A stretch of 64,000 bases of DNA from the NCBI GenBank assembly GCA_964106915.2, contig OZ066923.1. One strand, 5' to 3'. The number at the start of each line of letters is the position of its first letter. The first letter of the stretch is position 1. The notes below the pieces were generated by a model. It was not told where the DNA came from, made no database searches, and saw nothing but the letters and a program-made list of their open reading frames with translations. The translations under genes were made by a program, and so were the position numbers. This document shows positions 13,382 through 25,758 of the stretch, piece by piece. Source of the DNA: Podarcis gaigeae. Its lineage: Eukaryota.

Positions 13382-14038
13382 TACAGTTATATCTTAGCTC
13401 GAATCCTAGAATTTCTTTTCCAGTCAAACCCGAGCACTGTTGAGATGTATATAAACCAGCAGGTGTCTTGCGCAACCCAGCCGAAGAAAGCAAATGGCTG
13501 ATAGTTAAATTTTTGGGGAGTGGGGGGAGCACACACATTTGCAGCAGCTCCTTAGGTGCACCGGATACACAGACTTCTGGAGTCTACGTAGCTGGCATTA
13601 ACTTTTCCAGGTTTGTGCCTTGCCTGGCGTAGCAGTTCAAGCAACATTGGGACCATGCCTCCCCCTCCCCAGGCTTATGTACCCTCGTCTGACGGGTTTG
13701 TGCACACAGCCTGAGACTTCTGCTGCATAGAAGTCATTGCTGTGCTTCCGTCTTCAAGCCCCTCCTGGTTCTAGGGTATTTGACCAGCCTGTCCCTCAGC
13801 TGAATGCATAAACAGCACATATGCATTCTTCCTCTGCTTCTGACAGGTCCTGAGCCCGGATCCCCGTCTCTGACTGCTCAGATCCTGATTCCCTTCGCCT
13901 TGGCTCCTGCCTCGTGTGTGGCACACAACCCCTCTCCTTGGTCAACCTCCCGCCCCACTGCTTCCGCCCCAAACTCGCCAGAGCCCTGCTGGAAAGAAAA
14001 AATGCTTTATACGCATTGTTTATGCATTCTAACACTTG

Positions 14039-14057
14039 TGACACCAGATGGCGCTGT
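14039..14057 (+). promoter_or_regulatory. Candidate CTCF site
   Basis: TGACACCAGATGGCGCTGT closely matches the CTCF core CCASYAGRKGGCRC. Confidence 0.45.
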
Positions 14058-14180
14058 GGAGTTCCATTTTCGCTCACCCGATTTCTCATACAAAGTTTGC
14101 AACGCATTTAACGGAAACGCTTCTTTGATGCGTCTAGATCCAACCCTGGACCCTGACAGCAAATGAGCCAAGATACTCAC

Positions 14181-14308
14181 CTGAGGTGTTGATTAAAGTA
14201 GCACGTGAAAGGCTGAGAGCCAACTTCATCTTCCCAGTAAACCTGCCAGAGCTTTACATTTTCAGTGTTCTTCTGGTTTTCTCTTTTGCAGGGAGGGATA
14301 TACGAACA
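14181..14308 (-). CDS. KCNMB4: KCNMB4 coding exon 2
   Basis: CAG|TGTTCG acceptor and CAG|GTGAGT donor; 128 nt. Encodes [42 protein letters not shown](R). Not in the ORF track; read manually. Confidence 0.97.
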
Positions 14309-15259
14309 CTGTTGAAATAAATGGCATTAAGATGGCATCATTTTCGCTTGCAACAAGTAAAGACTTCAATTCTCTTTGGACATCCCTCAACAGTTTTTAT
14401 AATTAAAACAAAAGCATATGTTTCAGGACTGGGCAAAAAGACAAGCAGGAGGTTTAACTGAATACTGTTGCTGTTTAACAATTGTTACTGAATGCTCAAT
14501 GGTCTAACTCAAAGTGGGTGGGTCTAACCTCTAATTTTAGACAAGTTACATAAAAGGAATGCATGCATAACAGAATAAATCTGTCATTCTGCACGTTTAA
14601 AAAACAGAGGATTACTTGCTGTTTTATCTCTAATCAAAATCTATGACTTTGCAACTGGAAATAAAAGAAAATACAGATATATGCGTGTACAAAATGCTTA
14701 TGCAGTGTTATAATTTAGTAAGCAATGTGATGAAGTCAGCCACTGGCACACAACAGGCATGGAGGTATTACTCGATTCAGAGACAAGCAAAGAAGATTAA
14801 GGTGCAATGAAGTGCAAGGAGATTAAAGCTTCCACCCAGCTCGGTTTATCATGAGGATGGTGTTTAGTTCATTGCTAACCATAAATATTAAGGATATCTT
14901 GGCTGCTGCTGCTGCCTCTTCCAGAGCACCAGAAATAATAACTAAGTGAATTATGGGTAGCACAGGCTACACTTCAAAAACAGAATTCAGAGATCTGTCC
15001 CCGTAGAGGTGGATCCCAGGGAGAGGGGGACTGAAGTTTCTGAGCACAAACATTATAATCTCAATCTCAATGTCATACTCTTTTCCAAGCAGGCAGCTGG
15101 TTAGAACCCCACCTGTTCTCCAGGCCTACTGCTTGGTGCTCTCCATCTTTATACATAGAGTACCAATAAAGTGTTTCAAAGGATTGATTATTCATCAACA
15201 TGGGCACAGATTCCCACCGCAGGCACTCAAGTTCACCTGAAGACCCTCAGACCAAATCC

Positions 15260-16283
15260 TTTTTTAAAAAAAATAAATATTTATTAAGGTTTTTTGATAC
15301 AAATGCACAAATAATAAACAACATTACTTATATCAAAACATGGTTTCATCACTTCTTTGGACTCCCTCACGTCTCCCGCTCCCACTTACATCGTTAAAAA
15401 GTTTTTCCAAGCAAATTATCAACTTGTTTACAATCTTATATCCACTCATTTAAATACAATCTAGCAATTCTCCAAAAGGTTTATGTTTTCTTTATTCTCA
15501 CTTATCAAATTCAAATCTAATTTAGTGGTGGCCAATTATTTATAATCTAGCATCCTTCTTAACATTCAACCAAATTACAATGTTTTTGTAAATACGTCTT
15601 AAATTTCTTCCAGTCTTCCTCGATCCTCTCTTCTCCCAGGTCTCGGATTCTGCCAGTCATCTCGGCCAGTTGCATATAGTCCATCAGCTGCATCTGCCAC
15701 TCTTCCAGTGTGGGTAAATCTTGCGTTTTCCAGTTCTTAGCGATGAGTATCCTTGCTGCCGTTGTTGCATACAAAAAAAATGTTCGGTCCTTCTTTAACA
15801 CCTTCTGGCCGACAATACCCAGAAGGAAGGCCTCTGGTTTCTTAGTGAAGGTATACTTAAATACCTTTTTCAACTCATTATATATCATTTCCCAGAAGGC
15901 CTTCACTTTAGGGCAAGTCCACCAGAGATGAAAGAATGTTCCTTCATTTTCTTTACATTTCCAACATTTATTATCAGACAAATTGTATATTTTGGCAAGT
16001 TTAACTGGGGTCATGTACCACCTATATATCATTTTCATTACATTTTCCTTCAGAGCATTACATGCGGTGAAGTTCAGCCCAGTGGTCCACAACCTTTCCC
16101 AGTCCTCAAACATAATGTTATGCCCAATGTCCTGTGCCCACTTTATCATAGCCGATTTAACCGTTTCGTCTTGTGTATTCCATTTTAACAGCAAGTTATA
16201 CATTCTAGATAGTACCTTAGTCTTTGGTTCTAACAATTCTGTTTCCAACTTCGATTTCTCCACCTGGAACCCTAACTTTCTGT
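15260..16283 (-). mobile_element. L1-clade LINE, 5'-truncated (ORF2 C-terminal Cys-rich region + 3' UTR)
   Basis: CWKCKENEGTFFHLWWTC zinc-knuckle motif; AATAAA plus A-rich tail; 16-bp TSD CCCTCAGACCAAATCC at 15244-15259 and 16284-16299. Confidence 0.9.
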
Positions 16284-17861
16284 CCCTCAGACCAAATCCA
16301 TCTAGCCTACCATGTCTAGTTTGACATTCCATGGCCTCAGACAGATGCCTTTCCCAGCTAGAAACCAAATATACTTATTAGCTGCAGGTGGTGGCAATTG
16401 AAATTGCAACCTCCTTCAAGCAGGTCACAAGCTCTGATGATGATGATGATCTATGGCCCTTGTCCCTCACCCACATCCTTCCCTCACCCCTGGGCTCTAA
16501 CAAGCAACCTGCAGCTTGCCAGAGACAGACAGACAGACAAATTCTGAACTGGGTCTTTGTTAATGAAATCAGTGGCAAGAAAGGCATAAGGTTCAAACAC
16601 AGTTACTCTTGTCCCAAGTCTCTTAAGCTGTCAGTCTCCGGCATGGATTAAAAATATAGACTGCTACTTAAGGAACCAGAAGAAGGCCACAATGATGTAA
16701 TTTAATTAATTTATCTTCAAAACAAGATCCACAAAGCAGATGGGCTGAGGCTGTTTTAAGCCAACAGAATATATATAGTTATAAATATAGATAGATACAG
16801 TTATATTTTAGGCTTTACTCCACCTTACCTGGCCTAATCCTTTAAGAACCAAACAAGTTGAGGGCTGCATCAAGGTATTCTGATTTCCTCCAAGATGACA
16901 ACTGTTATGGATCCAGCAGTCACACTCTTGGGGGAGAGAGTTTTGTTCCTTCGCATTTGTGGCACTTGCTAGTGCAGGAATAGACTTACTGGGTATTATG
17001 AATCTAAATCAGACTGTGATACTATAGAAACTGGAAAAAAAAATATTTTTACAGCTCCAAGAAGTGTTTGGGGAAGATTTCAAATGGCAGCTAATTTGGT
17101 TTTGTTGTGTAGGAAGTACTAATGAGACTAAAGTACACATTCTGCCCCTCCCCTAAGCTATTGGTTTAGCAGATGTCAGCGAACCCTACTAAGAAATAAA
17201 ACAGGAGGGGGGGCAGAAGAGTCATCTTTTAACATGGGTGGAGGGATGCACCAACAATTAACTTATTCATTGTACGGTAGGGGGTGTTTTTTTGTTGTTT
17301 TGAATAATTACAATGCATCTGGTTGCACAACATAGAATACATCATCAATGGCATGTCCGGGGAAACACGATGCTAATTCACAGATGCATGTTCATCACTT
17401 GACTTCCGTGTGCAAATGTGTTGCCACAGATCTAAGAGCATGGATTGAGCTTTTGTGTCACCCAATCCCAGTGTCAGCCTCAAAGGAAACACTTTCCAAT
17501 GGAGCCTGCTCCATCAGAGGCAAGTCCTCAAGTGTCAAACGATAACAAATGAAGTGGTGAATGATCAAATAATGTGCATGTATGCCTAAGAAGCTAGCTA
17601 GCTGATGGGAATGATCATCTTCCTTATATATCGGGAAAGTGATACCCATTTTCCATCCAGAGGGCATTTGCCCCATGTTGTTTATAGTGGTAAATAAGCC
17701 AGCCAGGATAGGAGAATCTTATAATCTATATTTCATCAATTTTTCCATGGGTTCCTCTGATGAATTCTTACGAGAATCCTTAACTGCCTTAGCACGAGAA
17801 TCCTTAACTTTCTTAGCCACTTTACCCTGACCCTCAAACCAGGCAAGGTGTGTTGATTATG

Positions 17862-19072
17862 AAGAGATGGAGACAATTGGAGATTGCAGAGTTTGGAGAA
17901 ACTAAAAGATAAAGTGCGAGATTGGTTACATTATGCTCAGATTAAAGAGGCTTTTAAATTGGATAAAAAGTTAGGATTCCAGGTGGAAAAATCGAAATTG
18001 GAAACAGAACTGTTAGAACCTAAGACTAAATTACTTTCAAGAATGTATAACTTGCTGCTGAGGTGGAATACACAGGATGAAACGGTTAAATCAGCTATGA
18101 TAAAGTGGGCACAGGATATTGGGTATAATATCATGTTTGCTGACTGGGAAAAGTTATGGACCACCGGTATGAAGTTTACGGCATGTAATGCCTTGAAAGA
18201 AAACATTATGAAAATGATATATAGGTGGTACATGACCCCAGTCAAGCTAGCAAAAATATATCACCTGTCAGATAATAAGTGTTGGAAATGTAAGGAAACT
18301 GAAGGAACGTTCTTTCACCTCTGGTGGACTTGCCCCAGGGTTAAGGCCTTCTGGGAAATGATATATAATGAGCTGAAAAACGTATTTAAGTATACCTTTC
18401 CTAAGAAACCAGAGGCCCTCCTTTTGGGCATTGTTGGCCAGAGGGTGTTAAAGAAGGATAGAACATTATTTATGTATGCAACAACAGCAGCAAGGATACT
18501 TGTCGCCAAATATTGGAAAACTCAAGATTTGCCCACGCTGGAAGAATGGCAGATGCAACTGATGGACTACATGGAGCTAGCAGAAATGACCGGCAGAATC
18601 CGAGACCTGGGAGAGGAAGCAGTGGAAGAGGATTGGAAGAAATTTAAGGACTATTTACAAAAACACTGTAAACTATATGAGTGTTAAGAAGGATGAGAGA
18701 TTTGAAAACAACAGGGCACCATAAAGTTAGTTGAAAAGATTATGAGAATGAGTGAATTTTATGAGAAAAATAAATTTTGAATAAATATCATGTTAAAATT
18801 AGGTATCTAAGACCTAGATAAAAATATTCAAAGTTAGGGACAAAATATTGGAAATGTGTACAATAAGAATGGAAACAAGGTGATAAGTTGCTGGCTAAAG
18901 TTTTATAAATTTGGAACGCAGGAGCGGGAGATGTGAGGAAGTCCAAAAATGAAGAAAAGATGGGTATCACAAGATGTCAAATTTTATGTTTGTTTCTTTT
19001 TTGTCTGTTTTCTGTTTATTCTGTCTTTTCTCTTTATTGTATTAACAAAATTCTTAATAATTTTTTTTTTAA
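17862..19072 (+). mobile_element. L1-clade LINE, 5'-truncated
   Basis: Same ORF2 C-terminus (CWKCKETEGTFFHLWWTC); 17-bp TSD AAGGTGTGTTGATTATG at 17845-17861 and 19073-19089. Confidence 0.9.
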
Positions 19073-19531
19073 AAGGTGTGTTGATTATGTGTAATTAGTA
19101 ATTGTAGACGTTAAAGGATACATGTTCTACAACGATTCCCTGGAAGACATCAACAGGATTTGAATTTTTGTTTTAATGAAGAGATCTACTTGAGCTGGCC
19201 CAAAATTGGCATATCAGATATACGGCAGAAGCATTGATTGAGCAGAATCACATCATTGCAAAACCAAAGTGCGCACCTTATCCTGATTGTTGACTTTTAT
19301 AAGACATCCTGGATTTTATTTTACTAGGAGGAGGATATAAATGATTTAAATAGATCCCTTGCAGACAAGTGGTTAAACAACAGGAAGTGCAGAGATACTG
19401 AACTGTCAGTTTTCACAATAAAGAGAAGTAAGCACTGAGATCCCCAAGGATCTGTATTAGAACTGGCACTACATTATCTGGGGTGAGCATGACCTCAGAT
19501 GTCAGTGGTGAGGGACTTGGCAAGACACTTT

Positions 19532-19983
19532 TGTGGCGATCACACAGGTTCCCTGGACGTTTAACGGTCTATTGATCCCTGTGCCACCACTGTGCTCGCT
19601 TCCCCGCTGCCACCAACCTGTTACTCTCAAGTACACACTGAGTCCAGACAGTTGTTAAAATTGAACCAAATAAACAAGCTTATTTTATAAGTATTAACAA
19701 GTTTGTGGTTTCTCAGATGATATTCTTGTCAGTTTCTTAACTTTAGTTTCTTTACCGGCCTATACCTTCCTAATACCTTCTGACTGATTATCTCAACTGT
19801 TTGACTGACTCCTCTTAACAGATTCTCTCACATCAGATTAGCCTAACCCACAGACTTATCCTCTCTGTCTCTTCTAACTCCAGACCGACTTCTTAACAAC
19901 TCTAACTCCTCCCCTTGGGTTCCCATTGGTTAGTCATTTTACAATTAGTTAACCCTTTCTTTATGAACCCTTATGATGTCACA
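19532..19983. mobile_element. Possible solo LTR
   Basis: TGTGGCGATCA ... TGATGTCACA imperfect inverted termini, ~450 bp; TSD not clean. Confidence 0.4.
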
Positions 19984-22823
19984 CACCTAGGAGGGCAAAT
20001 GCCACAACTATGTCAAAAGCTTTTTTTGAAATCCAAAGAAATAGTGTTTACCAAATCACCTCAATCCTCATACAAAAGGTGTGGATTGGTGGGGCTGTAC
20101 CGACCAAAGATTGGTCTTTTTTAGTTGCAAATCAATATAGTTTGATTCTTGCAGCCACTAGCTGGTATACACTCTTGTTGAGGAAATGCATGATTTACAT
20201 GAATTCATCCTGATACCTTTTATGCTTTTAAAGTTTTGAAAAATACCCATAGGAACTCACTATTATTATCCCACTAAACTGTTCTTTTAATGTCTCTGTT
20301 GACTTACCACCCCACATATGGTATGTTACTACCCAGTTCAAAAGAGATTGATTATGCAACGTATGAGGACTTTTGGATATGGCTGGGTGGTTTTTTTTAG
20401 GGATCCGTAAAATAATCAAAATGTATCTCCTCTATGCAATTCTTCCAGCGTTTGTTTAGTTAAAATTTTGCCCGAAGAATTTACTTACCTAAACAAATAT
20501 ACCCTCTATTATGTACTTAGTCTCATCCAATTAATTAAAAACACCGCAAACCAAAAGGGCGAACAGTTCTGCAAGCGTATTAGAAACATCCAGTAGTCCA
20601 TGCTAAAAAGATATTTTCAAGTTCATACATACGACATACTCACTCTTGGCTATTCACAACCACCCTTCATGTAGCAACACACAGAATTATTGCAGTCCAT
20701 TTCTGAGCCTCTTTGATGCTATTCTGTACATTTCAGGATCAACTCACACAACTACTGACACTGGTTTGGGAAGACCTGGCCTTTACTGATGTTGCTGAAC
20801 TAACAACTGCCATCAGCCCTAGCAACCATAGCCCTTGGCTAGCAACATCTGGAGGGCCAAAGTTTCCTGACACCTGCACTATATCTGGGCCTTAACCCAA
20901 GGGGGCTCATGTAAAATGGGAATCAAGGGTCCCAATTGTGACTGGGTGCCTTTTATGTATTTTTTACTTAATAATGAACAATGTTCTTAACGGGATAGTG
21001 GATTCCTCTGCCCTTAGGCTGTCTCTTACAACTTTTAACACTGACATATGTCCTTATTAGTATAATTCGGAACCTTTGCATTCCTTCATTTTGATGTGCA
21101 ACATCAAAGCGGGATTGCTAAGCAGATAAAAATTAGGTTATCTCAAGGTGCTTAAACACCTGCAGCATAAAAGAATGAAACTCTACACATCATCAAAAGG
21201 ACAATGGTTCAAAAGGTTTTCAGGATTGTTAAAAAAACAAAAATACTTGAACTGTTCCATGCAGCTAGGGACTTAAACCCCTAATACCCTGCAATGTTTT
21301 CATAAGCTGGAAATGCCAGAACAGCCCTAAGTATAGAAGTGAGTGTGTAATCATAGGACAGTTGCACTAAAAGTAACAACAGCAATGAAAGATGTAAGAA
21401 TCACAGAACAGCAGAGTTGGAAGGGACCACAAGGGTCACCTAGTCCAACCACCTGCAATGCAGGAATTTTTAGTTCAATGTGGGGCTTGAACCCACAACA
21501 CTGAGATCAAGAGTCGTCTTGATTTACTGAGAAAGGCAACCCTGCTCAGTACTCATTTCATTAGATTTGGAACTAGCTAAAGCACAGCACACAAAACACA
21601 ACAGAGACAGGTCCTCTCTAGAGGTCGGCCAATTTTTTTGATATATATTTTTTACAACTAATACTGAAGATCTTGGAACTTCCCAATGCCTCACTCAGCT
21701 AACAAAACAGACAAGGCCAGTCTGTGTATGTTATATTTCTGCTGATATTGTCATGGCTGCTTTTAATTTAATTTACCATTTATTGTAATCTTTGGGGTGA
21801 TTTTGTTTTATTTATCATTCACTGATATTTTGTTGACAATCATTTTGTAATATTATAAGCAAAACAAATCCTTGAATTTCCTTAATTGTTCCTTTTCGGT
21901 TGTATTCTGAATTGTTATAGAATGGCAATGTATTTTGGGGTTGTATATTTTGACATTTCTATGGGTTATAAACTGCCTTGGGTACAATAAGATAGAAAGG
22001 CATGAGACAGTTAAAAAACGAAATGGAATGAAAAAGAAATTGGGAAAATTGGAATATCTCCGGCAGAAAAGCATGCAGCTGTGTCTAGGGACAAACAAAG
22101 TTGAAATGGGTTCATAAACCAGGATGACAAGAAGGTCCCTAGCTTTCACTTTCCAGGTAATCAACCACCTTTTATAACCCTCAATTATACAATATTTTAC
22201 TGTGTTCCTTCTTTGAACTCCTGCTTCTCTCTCTTTCTCTCCCCACAACTCCACCCCAAATTCCTCTTGCCTCTCATAGCTAATAGACACACACATAAAT
22301 AACTTCAGTAAAGTTTTAACCTTGGTTGCATAGTTATTCTCAATTTCTTCCTTTAGCCTAACATTTTGTTGCTTGATGATTAAGCACCAAAAAGTAACTC
22401 TTCAGTAACTCTTCAGAACAAACATTAAGTAACCCTCACAACACCCCTGTGAGTTAATTAAAAGCTACTGTGGCCATAGAACAGACCGGAAGAGCCTGAA
22501 AGTCAGCACATTAATAAAATTGCCACTCAGGTCTGGGGAAGATGTTCAATGTCGTGCACTCCCAAATTTGGCTTTATACTCCCAACGAGTCCCACTAGAG
22601 CACAACATGAATAAGCAGTCGATGAGAAGGGTCTCTTGTGTCCTCACAGGTTAGCCCTATTCTGTGCTGAATCCTTTCCGGAGCTGTTTAAGGTAGCACT
22701 TATTTCTAAAAAAATACCCTGCAGATATACTCAGACCTCAAAGTCCATATCCACAACCTCAGGTGCGTTGGGATCAGTAGTGAAGGAAACACTCTCTATA
22801 TAAGGACCGATATATGTACATTA

Positions 22824-23177
22824 TGGCAGGATGCAGGTGGCACTCTGGTCTAAACCACTGAGCCTCTTGGGCTTGCCGATCAGAAGGTCGGCAGTTCGAA
22901 TCCCTGTGACAGAGTGAGCTCCCGTTGCTCTGCCCCAGTTCCTACCATCCTAGCAGTTCGAAAGCACGCCAGTGCAAGTAGATAAATAGGTACCACTGCG
23001 GCAGGAAGGTCAACAGTGTTTCCATGCGCTTTGGTTTCTGTCACAGTGTTCCATTGCACCAGAAGTGGTTTAGTCATGCTGGCCACATGACCTGGAAAGC
23101 TGTCTGTGGACAAACGCTGGCTCCCTCGGCCTGAAAGCGAGACTCAACTGTCCAAGAGTCCTTTTACCTTTTATCTG
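22824..23177 (+). mobile_element. Sauria SINE
   Basis: Same head and body; TSD TATGTACATTA at 22813-22823 and 23178-23188. Confidence 0.88.
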
Positions 23178-23804
23178 TATGTACATTAGCCCTAGCAACG
23201 AAAGCAGATTCTGAGACAAAGCCTGGCGAGTTGTGGCTCAAGTTCAATCCACAAAAAGGAAGACAGGTAAGCAAATGTATTTATTTTTATTTTGTAAATA
23301 AGTAAAATACTATGTCACATGTCTTCACCAGCCCAGAAAGGAGAATATGAGCAACCCATGTCAAATAATTCATCTACTGCCCACCAGGAACCTGTAGGCT
23401 TCCCATTTGTGCTGACTGGGGATACTGGAGACCAACAGAGAAGGGATAAGGCAAGTGGCAATGGAGGAAACAAACCTATTCTGTTCTGATATCCACAGGA
23501 ATACTCACTGCCAGGCTTTTCAGTACTTTTCATGATTAACCTACTGCCTTCTTAGTCCTCTGAGTTTCAGTTTCAAGTTTCTTCACTTTTTAAATGTCAA
23601 CTTCTGCTTTTACAACACTACTCTGATTTTGGAGACTGTTTCAACGTGGGTCACATTTTATTATCATATAAGCTGCCTGAAGAATTCTAGGTGTGGGGTG
23701 CAACAGTTATCCATGCTCTGGGTAACCGCCTGGTTAGACTACTGCAATAACCAAGGTGGAAAATGCTCACAAGTGAGCACAGTGCACCTCATCTTTAAAA
23801 GCTT

Positions 23805-23960
23805 AACATGAGTCGACAGTGTGATGCAGCAGCAAAAGACACTGTAGAGTGTCCCAATCAAGGGAAGTCATAGTCCCATTCTATTCTGCCTTGGTGAGAG
23901 CACACCTGGAGTCCTGTGTCCAGTTCTGGGTGCCGCAGTTTAAGAAGGATGTTGACATGT
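23805..23960 (+). mobile_element. CR1 LINE ORF2 fragment
   Basis: Encodes ...[31 protein letters not shown], a typical CR1 post-RT motif. Confidence 0.8.
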
Positions 23961-24212
23961 GCAAAGGAGGGCAATGCCACACGCAGCCTTCTGGATCCCA
24001 TCAATGGTAACAAGTTACCCAGCCTTGCAAATAAGCCCACAAAAGTTACTAGCTGGGGGGGGGTGGAGCCTCCCCCTGCTGCAGCCAGCATGGAAATGCA
24101 AACCAAGTAGTCTTCTAGCAAGTAGACTTGCAGAGGAGGAACAGAGCAATCTGTTCCTCTTCCACCAACCTGTCCAGTTTCCATGCTTGCCATGAAGAAA
24201 GGGACTTTCCTT

Positions 24213-24461
24213 TTCTTTTCTTTTTTCAAAATTGTTTATTGGTTTTCCAAATTTATGACAAATATATAAAGAAAACATCAAAAAGAAAAACAAAAGAAAA
24301 ATAAACAAGCAAACATAAATCCTAACTGTAATAATTCCATTTTTGTTAACATTGTTGGGTGACTTCCTCAAATCCCTCTGGCTGAATTTCCGTATATATA
24401 TCAATGTAGCAGTTTTCCAAAACTAATTTCACCTAAAATTTACTTAGTCAGTTAACCTCTT
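24213..24461 (-). mobile_element. L1-like 3' UTR fragment
   Basis: AATAAA plus A-rich tail on minus; ~20-22-bp TSD CATGAAGAAAGGGACTTTCC(TT) at 24191-24212 and 24462-24483. Confidence 0.75.
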
Positions 24462-24549
24462 CATGAAGAAAGGGACTTTCCTTCCTTCACGGCTAGCATG
24501 GAAACCAAGTGGACTGGGTGGAAAGATCCATCTTGCTCCCTCCACCTTG

Positions 24550-24893
24550 CCCGAGCTTCCCCCGACCCCAGCCCCCAAACAGGCAGCTCTCTGCAAGCCG
24601 TGGGAGCCCAGCGCTGGCTCCCGCTGCTTGCTGAGAGGTCCGCGAAGCCTGGACACGCTGAGCTCAGCGCGCGCAGGCTTCGGCATGCAGGCGACTCTCC
24701 GCAAGCAGTGGGAGTGTTCCCGCTGCTTGCGGAGAGGTCTGCGAAGCCTGGAGAGTGAGAGGGGTCAGTGCGCACCGACCCCTCTCGCTCTCCAGGCTTC
24801 AGCGAAAGCCTGCATTCGCCCCATAGGACGCACACACATTTCCCCTTCATTTTTGGAGGGGGAAAAGTGCATCCTATAGGGCGAAAAATATGG
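24550..24893 (+). mobile_element. Same Tc1/mariner MITE family, left end truncated
   Basis: Right TIR ...CCTATAGGGCGAAAAATATGG+TA; body similar to 56455-56724. Confidence 0.8.
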
Positions 24894-25758
24894 TATATAC
24901 AGATGTAGGCATGGCTAATATGGATGGTGATGTGCACAATGTGGTGCAGATTTGAGCCTCCTTAAAAAAAAGGTGGGTGTGTATTCTGCCTAAAACTAGA
25001 GTGGGATTGGGCAACATTGACTCTCATTGATTATGATGCAAGTTGTCTAAATAAGTACGTTTAGGATTATAGCCTTTATTCAGCAACACACAAAATCTCG
25101 TCCATACGAGATTCACCTGTAGTAAAGCAAGTAAATTGGAAAAATCTACTTTAATTGCTTTCTTTTCTGATCCAGGATCATCATGACCTATCATAGCAGC
25201 CATCCTGAAAACCTAATACTTCACAAAGCAATCAGAGTTAGTGCTTTATCCATTCTAAACAGCAGGCAGGCAGAAAGGCACGTACATTTGAATTAATAGC
25301 AATGCTCAGAAGACACCTTCCACCAAGAAATGGTGTCTATTTCCAAAGTAAATACTATGGTATCTCTAATTTTGTTTAAAGGCATTAATTCTCACTGTAG
25401 CACAAATACACATTTTAGTAATGTTCAATTAATTAAAATAATAGCTTGTCCATTTTTGTTTTTGTATTCCAAGCAGAATGAGGTGGGGGGACTGGACGGG
25501 ATATTTATGGGTCACTTGCTTCCGAAATCTTGTACTGTATTGTTGTTAGAGGCTCAATGTTTTTGCAAGTGAGTGCCCATGAACTGAGAACTTAAGGACA
25601 AAAATTGGCGGGAAAGCTTGTTCATGGATGATAATGACTACCAACTCTGATGGCTATTTTATACCTCCATTGTTGGAGGTGGTTTGACCTAAAAACCCTC
25701 CCCTACCCTACACCCTTGCCAATTCTGCCCCTCCAGCCTTGCTGCTCCATTTCCCCCT

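Noticed and set aside
15559-16368. 269-aa ORF as a host gene (likewise 17884-18687 and 31557-32048)
   Set aside because: These are LINE ORF remnants bounded by TSDs; the first ~28 codons of this one come from flanking DNA outside the element.
15260-19072. The two L1 pieces as a single inverted (twin-primed) insertion
   Set aside because: Each has its own tail and distinct TSD, and they cover the same ORF2 region.
20480-20645. Strong donor-like motifs (AG|GTAAGT, GA|GTGAGT) on minus in KCNMB4 intron 1
   Set aside because: No convincing paired acceptor or coding similarity; expected by chance in a 19-kb intron.
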